Positions 19,538 to 29,670 of a stretch of 64,000 nt of DNA are shown piece by piece. Both the position numbers and the translations under genes were made by a program. The notes beneath the pieces are model-generated. The model worked only from the letters and a program-made list of their open reading frames with translations, was not told where the DNA came from and made no database searches. The DNA is from an uncultured SAR116 cluster alpha proteobacterium (GTDB lineage: Bacteria > Pseudomonadota > Alphaproteobacteria > Puniceispirillales > Marisalimonadaceae): positions 542-64,541 of the forward strand of contig CACMYY010000003.1 of the NCBI GenBank assembly GCA_902618025.1, written 5' to 3'. Within the stretch, counting starts at the first letter, position 1; every line of letters begins with the position of its first letter.

Positions 19538-20608
19538 ATGAATTTTATTTTTTATGTTTTACTATTTAGTCTATTTCCATTTATAGTCCAATCTCAAATT
19601 AAATTAGAAAAAATTACTCCTAAAATTTCAAATTTATGGGGCATTGCTATTATAAATAAAGATGAAATTCTGGTAACTCAACGTTCTGGTAATCTTTACA
19701 GATTAAATGTGTTTAATAAAAATATATCAAAAATTGAAGGTGCTCCAAAAGTTTATAATTCGGGTCAAGGTGGATTACTTGATATAGTTTCTGAAAAAGA
19801 AAATGATGTTCAAAGGGTTTATTTATGTCTTAGCAAAGTCATAGCTAGCAATAAATCATCAACAGCCATCCATAGCTATAACCTAAAAAATGATAAATTA
19901 ATTAATGAAAAAGTCATGTTTATATCAAATAAAATGTCATCAAGCGGAAGACATTTTGGGTGCAGGCTTGCAATTAAAAATGAATTTATTTTTGCTACGT
20001 TAGGTGATAGGGGGACTAGGGAGGACAGTCAAAATAGTAAAAATCATTCTGGTTCAATCATTAAAATATTAAAAAATGGAAACAACTATAATAATAAGGC
20101 ATTTAAAAATTCACTTCCTGAAATTTATTCTTTAGGACACCGAAACCCTCAAGGATTAAGCTTTGATTTAGAAAAAAATATCTTATGGTCACATGAACAT
20201 GGACCACAAGGAGGAGACGAATTAAATATAGTATTAAAAGGAAAAAACTATGGTTGGCCAAAAGTCACTTTTGGTAAAGAATATGGTTCAGGTAAAAAGA
20301 TTGGAATTGGAACTTCACTCCCAGGTTATGAAGATCCAAAATATGTTTGGGTGCCCTCCATTGCTCCATCTGGCATGATTTTTTACGGAGGCAATATGTT
20401 TCCAGAATTTAAAAATAAAATTATTTTAGGATCTTTAAAATATAAAAGATTGCACATTTTATCTTTAAAAGACGATAAAATCGTAAATGAACAAATTTTT
20501 CTAGAATATAAGATTGGTAGAATTCGTGATATAGAAGAAATATTTGATGGATCTTTAATAATTATAAATGATGAGTATGATGGTGGTGTTTACAGGCTCT
20601 ATAAATGA
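19538..20608 (+). CDS. PQQ-dependent sugar dehydrogenase (YliI/sGDH family), secreted
   Basis: Signal peptide; GQGGLLD, HFGCR, GHRNPQG, EHGPQGGDELN, NYGWP, SIAPSG. Confidence 0.9.
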   Translation: MNFIFYVLLFSLFPFIVQSQIKLEKITPKISNLWGIAIINKDEILVTQRSGNLYRLNVFNKNISKIEGAPKVYNSGQGGLLDIVSEKENDVQRVYLCLSKVIASNKSSTAIHSYNLKNDKLINEKVMFISNKMSSSGRHFGCRLAIKNEFIFATLGDRGTREDSQNSKNHSGSIIKILKNGNNYNNKAFKNSLPEIYSLGHRNPQGLSFDLEKNILWSHEHGPQGGDELNIVLKGKNYGWPKVTFGKEYGSGKKIGIGTSLPGYEDPKYVWVPSIAPSGMIFYGGNMFPEFKNKIILGSLKYKRLHILSLKDDKIVNEQIFLEYKIGRIRDIEEIFDGSLIIINDEYDGGVYRLYK

Positions 20609-20664
20609 TAAATAAATATATTTTAGTTAACCCAAAAGCATAGTCCTAACAACTGGAGAATTAG

Positions 20665-21360
20665 ATGATTAAATTTTATTACAATACAAGTCCAAATCCA
20701 ATGAAAATAGCTTTGTGTTTAGAAGAAATGAATCTGCCATATGAAGCAATTCCAATAGATACTAGAAAAGGTGACCAACATTCAGTTTCTTTCAAAGCAA
20801 TTAATCCAAATGCTAAAGCGCCTGCAATTGAAGATGATGGAAATATTATTTTTGATAGTAATGCTATATTACTATATTTAGCGGAAAAATCTGGAAAATT
20901 TATAACTGAAAATACTGCTAAAAATAGAGCTGATCTTTTATCTTGGTTAATGCTTGTTGCTACAGGTATAGGTCCTTATTCAGGTCAATCAGTTCATTTT
21001 CAACACATGGCACCGCAAAAATTAGACTATGCAATCAATAGATATCTTTTTGAAGCTGAGAGACATTACAATATTCTGGATGATCGTTTATCCAATAATC
21101 ACTATATGTTGGGTGATACTTATACCATAGTTGATATGTGTGTTTGGGGCTGGGCACGTATGTTACCTAAAGTTATAGGTGAGGGTGAGTTAGAAAAAAG
21201 AACACATTTAAATAGATTAATGACAGAGATAAATAGCAGAGAAGCTGCTATAAAGGCACTTAATATTACTAAAAAAAATAATCATAGTTTTAAAGTTGAA
21301 ATAGATGCAGAAGCAAGTAGACATCTATTCCCTTCAAATGAAAGGCTAAAAACTAATTAA
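20665..21360 (+). CDS. Glutathione S-transferase (YfcG/YghU-like)
   Basis: SPNPMK, INPNAKAP, FDSNAILLYLAEK. Confidence 0.9.
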   Translation: MIKFYYNTSPNPMKIALCLEEMNLPYEAIPIDTRKGDQHSVSFKAINPNAKAPAIEDDGNIIFDSNAILLYLAEKSGKFITENTAKNRADLLSWLMLVATGIGPYSGQSVHFQHMAPQKLDYAINRYLFEAERHYNILDDRLSNNHYMLGDTYTIVDMCVWGWARMLPKVIGEGELEKRTHLNRLMTEINSREAAIKALNITKKNNHSFKVEIDAEASRHLFPSNERLKTN

Positions 21361-22421
21361 GGTCTAATTTCAAAAACAGAATTCAGAGGATGGTCAGTTT
21401 CTATTCTTTTAACTGTTTTGAAACCAACTAAATTACAATATTCTTTAACTTTTGACTCTGGTAAGCCAACAGTTCCAAGACCAGCACCATCGTTTGCGAG
21501 TGAAGTAGTCATACAAAAATGTAAGCTCATAGCATACATAAAAGGAACCATTGGACCTTCATTATCAGCAGGATCATCTTCGCACTTAATATCCATGAGA
21601 ACAAATATACCGTCTTCTTTAATAGCCTTTCTTATTGTTCTCATCCCCTCTAATGGATCAATCATATCGTGAATAAGATCAAAACAAGCAACAAAATCAA
21701 ATTTTTCTGTTAATGGATTAGATACATCCCACTGCTTGAATTTTAAATTGTCCTTAACACCTGCTTCTGAAGCAATTTTTTGGGCTCTTTTAATATTAGG
21801 TTCAAATAAATCAAAACCAAAAAACTGACTTTTAGGAAATTTCTTTGCCATCTCTATTGTGGATCTTCCTGATCCGCAACCAAAGTCAGCAAATGTTACT
21901 GAACCAGTTTCTAATCTTGATTTCAGCTCTGGCATTTTATCAACCCAATCTGTTACTAAAAAATGCCTATATCTAGTACATCCTGTTTGATCGATCCCAT
22001 TCCAAAAACCTTGGTCAATTTTATCGTAATTAATGCCACCCCCATTTTTAAAAGAATATAAAAGTTCATGGTAGGGTAATAAAGAGCTATTTAATATCTC
22101 AATAAGACCTTTTTGTGAAAATTTTCCACCTTCTTCAACCAGTACGGGAATAAATTCTTCATTTAATGCTATCTTTCTGCTTACTTTGTCAAAATCAAGG
22201 TAGCCTAATGAAAACATACCTAGACCCCATTCCCTAAGATATCTTTCATCAAGTTTCATTCGTTCTGCTAATTCTTGACTTGTTGCCGGTCCGTACTCAG
22301 CTAGATTATCAAAAATTCCTAAATTAACACCAATTGCACAAAGGCGAATTCCTACAGCACCTCTAGCATCGCCAACTATTCTTTTTATTAAGTCTTTTTG
22401 AATTAAATTTTGGTCATCCAT
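21357..22421 (-). CDS. SAM-dependent methyltransferase with N-terminal winged helix
   Basis: ERYLREW, DFGCGSG, FDLIHDM, GLGT. Confidence 0.88.
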   Translation of the reverse strand: MDDQNLIQKDLIKRIVGDARGAVGIRLCAIGVNLGIFDNLAEYGPATSQELAERMKLDERYLREWGLGMFSLGYLDFDKVSRKIALNEEFIPVLVEEGGKFSQKGLIEILNSSLLPYHELLYSFKNGGGINYDKIDQGFWNGIDQTGCTRYRHFLVTDWVDKMPELKSRLETGSVTFADFGCGSGRSTIEMAKKFPKSQFFGFDLFEPNIKRAQKIASEAGVKDNLKFKQWDVSNPLTEKFDFVACFDLIHDMIDPLEGMRTIRKAIKEDGIFVLMDIKCEDDPADNEGPMVPFMYAMSLHFCMTTSLANDGAGLGTVGLPESKVKEYCNLVGFKTVKRIETDHPLNSVFEIRP

Positions 22422-22578
22422 TACAATTATCTCCTAAATTTAATATTATATAAGTAAAAAAAAATGTAAAATCTCACAATTGGTATGTTTTTTGAAAAGC
22501 ATATGGTTCTTTTAATAATTTGTATTTTAAAAATATTTAATTAGTATTTTAGAATAATATTAATATTAGGAAAAGCCA

Positions 22579-23817
22579 ATGCGAGATTGGGATTCAAGAA
22601 TAAATACTTTAAAATCTGATATTCAAGCTGCTCGTGAAAAATATGTTATTCCTTTCATGAAAGCTCAGTCTAAATCTGCTCCACCACAAAAAGAAGTGTC
22701 TCAAACTCCTTCTGTGAATGCTGAAGAAAATAAAATTGAAACTAAAGTTGAAGCTAAAACTGAAAAACTATATGAGAATAAGGACCCAACATCTTCATTA
22801 GATTTAATAGAAAAGACTAATGAAGCTAAAACTGAACCTAACTTGGGCTTAACAGAAGAGATAACAAATAAAATTGATAATGCATTGGAACAAACGAAGT
22901 CTGATGCTGAAGAAGCTCCTATTGTAAACGTTGAAGAAGCAGTTGCGTCAGCTGAAGATGTTCCAACTGTAAATGTTGAAGAAGCAGTTGCATCAGCAGA
23001 AGAAGCTCCTACTATAAACGTTGAAGAAGCAGTTGCATCAGCTGAAGATGTTCCAACTGTAAATGTTGAAGAAGCAGTTGCATCAGCAGAAGAAGCTCCA
23101 ACTATAAACGTTGAAGAAGCAGTTGCATCAGCAGAAGATGTTCCAACTGTAAATGTTGAAGAAGCAGTTGCATCAGCAGAAGAAGCTCCAACTCTAAACG
23201 TTGAAGAAGCAGTTGCATCAGCTGAAGATGGTCCTACTGTAAATGTTGAAGAAGCAGTTGCATCAGCAGAAGAAGCTCCTACTGTAAACGTTGAAGAAGC
23301 AGTTCCATCAGCAGAAGATGCTCCTACTGTAAACGTTGAAGAGGCAGTTACATCAGCAGAAGATGTTCCAACTGTAAATGTTGAAGAAGCAGTTACATCA
23401 GCAGAAGAAGCTCCTGCTGTAAACGTTGAAGAGGCAGTTGCATCAGCAGAAGAAGCTCCTACTGTAAACGTTGAAGAAGCAGTTGCATCAGCAGAAGAAG
23501 CTCCTACTGTAAACGTTGAAGAAGCAGATGCGTCAGCAGAAGAGGCTAAAATTGAGAATAAAGAAGAAGATGTTGATACTAATCAAACTAAAAAAACTGA
23601 ACTTGAACTTCTTGAGGAACGAGACGAAGATAGTCTTACCGAAGAAGAAGAAGACAGAATGTATGAGTTGAGAAGATTAAGAGCACAAAAAAGAATCAAC
23701 GATGAAGTTAGAGAAGAAGAACAAGCTGAATTCAAAAAAGCTGATGAAGAAATCGCTCATTTAAAAACATTATTAAAACCTAAGAAGAAAAAGTTACCAA
23801 AAGGATACGTAGAATAA
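22579..23817 (+). CDS. Hypothetical acidic tandem-repeat protein
   Basis: 412 aa ORF with RBS-like AGGA; central 15-aa repeats; charged helical C-terminus. Confidence 0.75.
   Translation: MRDWDSRINTLKSDIQAAREKYVIPFMKAQSKSAPPQKEVSQTPSVNAEENKIETKVEAKTEKLYENKDPTSSLDLIEKTNEAKTEPNLGLTEEITNKIDNALEQTKSDAEEAPIVNVEEAVASAEDVPTVNVEEAVASAEEAPTINVEEAVASAEDVPTVNVEEAVASAEEAPTINVEEAVASAEDVPTVNVEEAVASAEEAPTLNVEEAVASAEDGPTVNVEEAVASAEEAPTVNVEEAVPSAEDAPTVNVEEAVTSAEDVPTVNVEEAVTSAEEAPAVNVEEAVASAEEAPTVNVEEAVASAEEAPTVNVEEADASAEEAKIENKEEDVDTNQTKKTELELLEERDEDSLTEEEEDRMYELRRLRAQKRINDEVREEEQAEFKKADEEIAHLKTLLKPKKKKLPKGYVE
22906..23535 (+). repeat. Coding tandem repeat, 14 x 45 bp (AEE/DxPTVNVEEAVAS)
   Basis: Unit GCAGAAGAAGCTCCTACTGTAAACGTTGAAGAAGCAGTTGCATCA repeated 14 times with few substitutions. 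Confidence 0.97.
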
Positions 23818-23825
23818 TATTAGAT

Positions 23826-24308
23826 CTATCTAACTTTTTTATTCTTCATTCTCCGCCATTTCCAAGGTGCTATAAATTTTCCTGACCACATACCAGCATT
23901 ATTTAATTTGGCCATAGCTTCGTCCTTTACATATTTTTTTGAATATTTTCTGTAAGCTAGTGCCCATCCCCTTTTTACCATTAATGAACTAATATCATTT
24001 TCATCTACATAACATATTGAAATAGATCTTTTGTATCTGTCTTTTGTTTTTTTAATACATGATACTTTTTTTGAGCCAATTATTTTTTCAAGTTCTAACT
24101 TTGCTTTAACTCCACATAAATATGTATGTCCATATTTGTCAGTACAAGTTTGTCTTATTTCTGGCGTGTCAATACCATAAAATCTTATTTTTTCAGAGTT
24201 AAGTATTATTGTATCGCCATCAATTATTTTTAATGATGAGCTTGCATTTAAAACTTTTGAAAACGCTAATATATCCATTATTAAAACTAAAAAAAATATT
24301 TTAAACAT
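23826..24308 (-). CDS. Thermonuclease (SNase) family protein
   Basis: IIDGDTI, RFYGIDTPE, DRYKR, GWALAY, PWKWR. Confidence 0.9.
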   Translation of the reverse strand: MFKIFFLVLIMDILAFSKVLNASSSLKIIDGDTIILNSEKIRFYGIDTPEIRQTCTDKYGHTYLCGVKAKLELEKIIGSKKVSCIKKTKDRYKRSISICYVDENDISSLMVKRGWALAYRKYSKKYVKDEAMAKLNNAGMWSGKFIAPWKWRRMKNKKVR

Positions 24309-25287
24309 TTAAATATTCTTTATTTAAAATTGTTTTTGTTTTCCAATGAGAAGGCTCTAATCCACGAATGTTTGATTTAAAAGTAGCTACTTGCTTGCCC
24401 AACAAACATCCAAGGTAAATATTTTTAAGATCATAACCACCAAAGGCAATGCTTGAAATATTTTTAAGCTTTGTACTCACTATATTATCAAGGTGTTTTC
24501 TTTCTAAAATTCCTTTTTGATATGCTTTTTCTACATATGATATGTGCTTTGCGTTACTATCGTCTAAAATAGTCTTCTTTTTCCCATTTTTATCAATATG
24601 AATTAATTTATTACTAACTATACACGTCACCAAAACTCCTTCATCAATATCAAAAGCAAAACCGTCAGGAAACTCTCCTATATCAAATTCAGCAACTATT
24701 TGTTGATTAATCAAATTTCCATTAGATGCAATGTCAAATTTCGACATACAACGTGAAAAGGTCTCATTTACATATAATTGGTTTGATAGAGGATGTACGA
24801 TACATTCATTTGTAAATCCTAAATTATCAGCTACAACCCTAGGTTTTTTTTCGTCAATGAGTATTATAAATCCATCTTTCCAATTTGGTTTACATCCTAA
24901 AATCCGTGGAATTAGCCTTGTACTTACAGTAATCCAAATTCTTCCAGAATGATCTATATGAACATAATTTGTAGGTGGCAGAGGTTCATTGTCTATTTCT
25001 AATAAAAAAGGAACGAGTTCACCATTATTATAAAGTCTGTATACACCACCAATATCATCACCTAGATGTGTTAAAAGCCATCCCCCATTTGGATGAATTG
25101 CTATACCATTTGGTTTTGGTTGAAAATTACCTTTTGCTAGAATTGTTTGTTGATCTCCATTTTTAGTAATTAAGGTTACACCACCTCGCCAATCTGCAAT
25201 GTGTAAGGTTTCATTTTTATCAACTAGTACACATTCTGGTCTTACTAGATTATGACCTATAAATTGTACTTTTTCTAAAAGATTCAT
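24301..25287 (-). CDS. SMP-30/gluconolactonase/LRE family protein
   Basis: RPECV, PNGIA, FTNE, FPDGFAFD, AFGG. Confidence 0.85.
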   Translation of the reverse strand: MNLLEKVQFIGHNLVRPECVLVDKNETLHIADWRGGVTLITKNGDQQTILAKGNFQPKPNGIAIHPNGGWLLTHLGDDIGGVYRLYNNGELVPFLLEIDNEPLPPTNYVHIDHSGRIWITVSTRLIPRILGCKPNWKDGFIILIDEKKPRVVADNLGFTNECIVHPLSNQLYVNETFSRCMSKFDIASNGNLINQQIVAEFDIGEFPDGFAFDIDEGVLVTCIVSNKLIHIDKNGKKKTILDDSNAKHISYVEKAYQKGILERKHLDNIVSTKLKNISSIAFGGYDLKNIYLGCLLGKQVATFKSNIRGLEPSHWKTKTILNKEYLNV

Positions 25288-25291
25288 ATAT

Positions 25292-25726
25292 TCAACTATA
25301 ATTCATATTTGTTCCTGCTAATGAACTTATAGTTCCAGATACAGGTATCATTGAACGTATTTGTAATGCCCAAATTCCGTCTACAAAAGTAGATATCCAA
25401 ATTCCTTTGGCAGAGCCATAACTTTTTTTATTAATTAATCTTCTATTAAACTCTACTTCACATTGAAGTGTTTTATCTGTTTTATTTATAATTTTACATT
25501 TGTCTAAAGTTGAAAAACTCCAATTTTCAACTTTTATCATTGTATCAAGTTGTACACTTAATGATTTCCAAAAATCTTCGCCATTTTTATATATTACTGT
25601 TTCATTTCCATTTGTGTGAACGTAATGAGGGAAATGTAAGTTTGTTATAATGTTATTTTTTTCTGCTGTATTAAAAGCATCAATAAATTTATAAAGACAT
25701 GAAACCCCTGGATGCTTATTTTTCAT
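25292..25726 (-). CDS. Hypothetical protein, probable NTF2/SnoaL-like fold
   Basis: FIDAFN...LHFPH, W..S....C, alpha+beta pattern. Confidence 0.55.
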   Translation of the reverse strand: MKNKHPGVSCLYKFIDAFNTAEKNNIITNLHFPHYVHTNGNETVIYKNGEDFWKSLSVQLDTMIKVENWSFSTLDKCKIINKTDKTLQCEVEFNRRLINKKSYGSAKGIWISTFVDGIWALQIRSMIPVSGTISSLAGTNMNYS

Positions 25727-25775
25727 TTTTCATTTCCTTTAACTATTGATAGTAAATTTAATTTTAAATATAAAA

Positions 25776-26765
25776 TCATCTTCTAAGTGGAGTGTCTAAA
25801 TTAACCTCTTGATCTCTTTTTTGTTCTCTTAAAAAAATATAAACACCAGCGCTTATAACAATTATTACACCTCCAATGGTTCTAATAGTTGGTACATCGT
25901 CAAATAGAAAATACCCTATAATTATAGACCAAATTATCAATGAATATTCAAATATAGATGTAATTGATGTAGAATAATTACTGTATGCTTTAAAAACACA
26001 AGTGAATGCAATTGAAGCTAAAATTCCCATTAAAACAATATACTGCCATGTATAATCAAAGTTACTAAACCATTCTCTAAAAATAAATTTGACTGTGGGC
26101 TCACTAAAATAATCAAATTGACCCGAACCAAGGAAAAAATACATAAGCATACATAAAATGATAGTTATAATATAAAAGTAAAATAATTGAGTATAAGTAT
26201 CATCTTTATCTGATGTAACTTTAGTAATAGTCATCGATAAAGCATAAAAAAATGCACATAACAGCGGTAATAAATTTTTAAAATCAAAATTTGAAAAATT
26301 TGGATTTAGTATAATATAAACTCCTATAAATCCAAAAAAAATTGCTAGCCACCTTCTGTAACCGATATTTTCTCTTAAAAGAGTTTTAGCAAAAATTGAC
26401 ATAAAAAAAGGAGTTGAAAAATATAAAGCTGTTGCCACAGCAAGAGACAAATAAGTTAGTGATATAAAAAACATGCTAAAAGCTAAGAAATGAAGAATTA
26501 CCCTTATTAATGATAAAATTGGGTAGTGAGTAATTAAAGTTAATTTTTTTTTATAAATAAGTAGGAATATCCCAGACAATATTGCGGCTATGAAGATTCT
26601 ACCAAAGTAAATTTCATATAATGAGGCTTTTTGAAATATAAATTTTAATATGGAATCATGAACAGAAAATGTTGCCATTGCAACTAAGATATAAATTATT
26701 CCTATAGTGTTATTTGAACTCATAAAATAGTAACCATTTAAATTATAAAAGTTTATAACTGCCAA
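25776..26765 (-). CDS. DMT/EamA family transporter (likely start near 26723)
   Basis: About 10 TM helices; LRENIGYRRW, FEYS..IW. Confidence 0.88.
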   Translation of the reverse strand: MAVINFYNLNGYYFMSSNNTIGIIYILVAMATFSVHDSILKFIFQKASLYEIYFGRIFIAAILSGIFLLIYKKKLTLITHYPILSLIRVILHFLAFSMFFISLTYLSLAVATALYFSTPFFMSIFAKTLLRENIGYRRWLAIFFGFIGVYIILNPNFSNFDFKNLLPLLCAFFYALSMTITKVTSDKDDTYTQLFYFYIITIILCMLMYFFLGSGQFDYFSEPTVKFIFREWFSNFDYTWQYIVLMGILASIAFTCVFKAYSNYSTSITSIFEYSLIIWSIIIGYFLFDDVPTIRTIGGVIIVISAGVYIFLREQKRDQEVNLDTPLRR

Positions 26766-27427
26766 TCTATAGGTTCAATATTTTTTTGCGTGAGATAATT
26801 GTTTGTTTTCGAAAAAGGTTTAGAACCAAAAAAGCCATTGTTAGCTGAAAATGGGGATGGGTGAGCACTCTCAAGGAGTAAGTGGGTATTTTTATTTATA
26901 AACTTACATTTTTCCTGGGCTTTTTTTCCCCATAGGATAAATACAACGTTATTTCTTTTTTCATTGATGACTTTTAAAACTGAATCCGTGAATTTTTCCC
27001 ACCCCTTACCTTGGTGAGAGCCAGGCATTCCTTTTTCAACAGTTAAACTGTTATTCAACATTAAAACGCCTTGATGAGCCCAATTTTGCAAGTCACCATT
27101 TTGTGGAGAAGTTATACGAAGGTCATCAAATAGTTCTTTAAAAATATTTTGAAGTGAGGGAGGAATTTTTTTAAATTTTTCTACAGAAAAGCTTAACCCA
27201 TTTGCTTGACCTTCACCATGATAAGGATCTTGTCCAACAATAACAACTTTTACTTTATTAAGAGGAGTTAAATTAAAAGCATTGAAAATTTTACTCATAG
27301 GTGGGTAAATTTTTTTACCTAAGAAAATTTGTTGCTTAAGAAATGAACGAAGATCTGACATGTAAGGAGCTGTAAATTCACTATTCAGCTCATTCTTCCA
27401 ACTTTGATGTATTTTTACATTAGACAA
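26753..27427 (-). CDS. ung: Uracil-DNA glycosylase
   Basis: GQDPYH, GLSFS, PPSLQNI, HPSP. Confidence 0.96.
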   Translation of the reverse strand: MSNVKIHQSWKNELNSEFTAPYMSDLRSFLKQQIFLGKKIYPPMSKIFNAFNLTPLNKVKVVIVGQDPYHGEGQANGLSFSVEKFKKIPPSLQNIFKELFDDLRITSPQNGDLQNWAHQGVLMLNNSLTVEKGMPGSHQGKGWEKFTDSVLKVINEKRNNVVFILWGKKAQEKCKFINKNTHLLLESAHPSPFSANNGFFGSKPFSKTNNYLTQKNIEPIDWQL

Positions 27428-27471
27428 TTTATAATGCTATCCAATTTTAAAATGTGTTTTAATTTTATACC

Positions 27472-28380
27472 TTATCTAACATGCCAATCTTCATTAAGTG
27501 GTCTAGCACTATTAAGTTCACCATACCCAGCACCAGTAGTTCCAGTTGGGTTTGGTCCAAAGTATCTAGGATCTCTCAGCTCATTTTTAGGTTGAAATCG
27601 AATATCACAAGTCAGGCGTATTTTATTATCTTTAGCATAATTTTCAAAAGTACCATGAACTGTGTACATACCAAAAATAAGTGCGTCTCCTGGATGAAAT
27701 TGGGCACTTAATAATTTTGAATTTCTCTGTTGAGCAAAAGCTATAGGATCTGTATCTATTGTTGCTTTCATATGTTTATGAATGTCTACGTCAAATCCTG
27801 TATATTTGTTTTTAATATCTGAAAATTTGTGAGATCCATCTATTATAAATAAAGGACCCTTATCGATAGTGATATCTGTAAAAACAAGCCAACATGTAAG
27901 TACTTTTTGAGTTTTTCTTGTAAAAAACCCTGCATCACAATGCATATGAGTGAATTTTCCTCCCGACACTGCTCTTAAAAATATAAAATCAAAACCAATG
28001 GAGGAAGTACCAAAAATTTTTGAAAAAACACTTTGTAAATTATTGCCATTTGTAATTTTTCTTAAAGATTCTGTATTACTTACGTCTTCCCAAAAAATTC
28101 CTCTATCCTTATATAACTCATCTCTTCTGGATTTGCCTGACGAAATGCCTTCAGTAAATGGATCTATTAGCTCACCTACATTACTCAATTTTTCAAAAAC
28201 ATCATTTCGGGCTTTAGTAATATTTGTTTTATCAATAACGTCTCTAAGCAAAAGATAGCCATCATCATTAAGGGAATTTCTTAGTTGTTCCCCAGTTTTG
28301 TCTATATGACGGGTTTCTTTTAATGATCCTAAAAGTGAAGAAGGTACTTTTACTCCATTAATCAAAGCTTCCATTGACAT
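27472..28380 (-). CDS. Phytanoyl-CoA dioxygenase family protein
   Basis: HCD facial-triad motif, GSH, PGD, HGT, RLTCDIRFQP. Confidence 0.85.
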   Translation of the reverse strand: MSMEALINGVKVPSSLLGSLKETRHIDKTGEQLRNSLNDDGYLLLRDVIDKTNITKARNDVFEKLSNVGELIDPFTEGISSGKSRRDELYKDRGIFWEDVSNTESLRKITNGNNLQSVFSKIFGTSSIGFDFIFLRAVSGGKFTHMHCDAGFFTRKTQKVLTCWLVFTDITIDKGPLFIIDGSHKFSDIKNKYTGFDVDIHKHMKATIDTDPIAFAQQRNSKLLSAQFHPGDALIFGMYTVHGTFENYAKDNKIRLTCDIRFQPKNELRDPRYFGPNPTGTTGAGYGELNSARPLNEDWHVR

Positions 28381-28495
28381 AAACCTTATGTAATAGTCTT
28401 TCGTTTGGTATAATCTATCAACTAAATATTATTGTGTCATTGATATTAGTAATTTTTTACCTTGAGTTTATAATTTCAATAGAGTTATCATTAAT

Positions 28496-29590
28496 GTGAA
28501 TTTTTATGAGAGAAAAGCATTGATAGTAAGTTCTATAAAAACAAAAATAACTTCAGTTCCATTTTCAGATCCTCCAAAAACAGGTTTCCTTACACTTGAA
28601 AAAATAGATCTTTTAATTGTACAGGTTGAAACAAAAGATGGTGTAATTGGAACTGGTCACCTTCATCCATTGGCAGGTGGATTAAAAACCCTTGAAACAT
28701 GCATAAACGAGATGTTAAAGCCGCTTATAATTGGAGAGAGCATAAATAATATTGAGTTCTTATGGAATAAAATGTGGAATGCTACTTTTATACAAGGAAG
28801 GATGGGGATAACGGTAATGGCAATGTCAGCAATAGATATTGCCTTATGGGATTGCTATGGAAGAACAAAAGAAATGCCTCTTTGGGAAATATGGAAAGGA
28901 ACAAAAAAAGCCTTCCCAGTATATGGCTCGGGCTGTTATAGAGGCCTAGGTCATGATGGTATGATACAAAAAGCAAAAAAATTTGTTGGACAAGGATTTA
29001 AGTCTATAAAAATGCAGGTTGCTCATTGTTTTAATAATCAAGAAGACATAGTTAATGTACGAGATATGCGAGACGAACTTGGTAAAGAAATTGGAATTAT
29101 GATTGACGTTAACCAAGGCTGGTCAGTAGAAGAAACTATTAAAGTATGCAAACAAATTGAAAGTTATGAGCCTGAGTGGCTTGAGGAACCTATTATGGCT
29201 GACAATTTTGAAGGATATGATGAAGTTTGTAATTCAACATCAATCCCTATAGTAACCGGTGAAAATAATTTTACACATCATGATTTATTACCGTTCATTA
29301 GAGGACAAAAAATACCAATACTTCAACCTGACATTATGCGAGGGGGGTATACAAATTTGATATATAGCTCTAATTTAGCCAATAAATTTGGTATTACAAT
29401 TGCTCCGCATATGTTTCCAGAACTTTCAATTCATATTGTTGCTTCTATTCAAAATCCTTCATGGCTTGAATATATGGGCTGGTATGATCATCTATGGAAA
29501 GAGCCACTTCTTCCAAAAAATGGGACATTAACTCCTACATCACGTCCTGGCCATGGTATGGATTTTAAGACCGAAATTTGTAGTTTTTGA
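28496..29590 (+). CDS. Mandelate racemase/muconate lactonizing enzyme family (probable acid dehydratase)
   Basis: SAIDIALWD, MIDVNQ, WLEEP, GEN, QPD, APH. Confidence 0.88.
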   Translation: MNFYERKALIVSSIKTKITSVPFSDPPKTGFLTLEKIDLLIVQVETKDGVIGTGHLHPLAGGLKTLETCINEMLKPLIIGESINNIEFLWNKMWNATFIQGRMGITVMAMSAIDIALWDCYGRTKEMPLWEIWKGTKKAFPVYGSGCYRGLGHDGMIQKAKKFVGQGFKSIKMQVAHCFNNQEDIVNVRDMRDELGKEIGIMIDVNQGWSVEETIKVCKQIESYEPEWLEEPIMADNFEGYDEVCNSTSIPIVTGENNFTHHDLLPFIRGQKIPILQPDIMRGGYTNLIYSSNLANKFGITIAPHMFPELSIHIVASIQNPSWLEYMGWYDHLWKEPLLPKNGTLTPTSRPGHGMDFKTEICSF

Positions 29591-29670
29591 ATAAAATTAA
29601 TTTTTTGATATGCTAGAAAATTAACGATTATTAAAATAATGATAAAATATTTATATTAAAAGAGGGGATA

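Noticed and set aside
22906-23535. 45-bp repeat array as a possible CRISPR
   Set aside because: Units are contiguous with no unique spacers, preserve the reading frame, and there are no cas genes.
23826-24308. Thermonuclease as a mobile-element or defence marker
   Set aside because: A solitary secreted SNase overlapping a metabolic gene run, with no mobile-element genes nearby.
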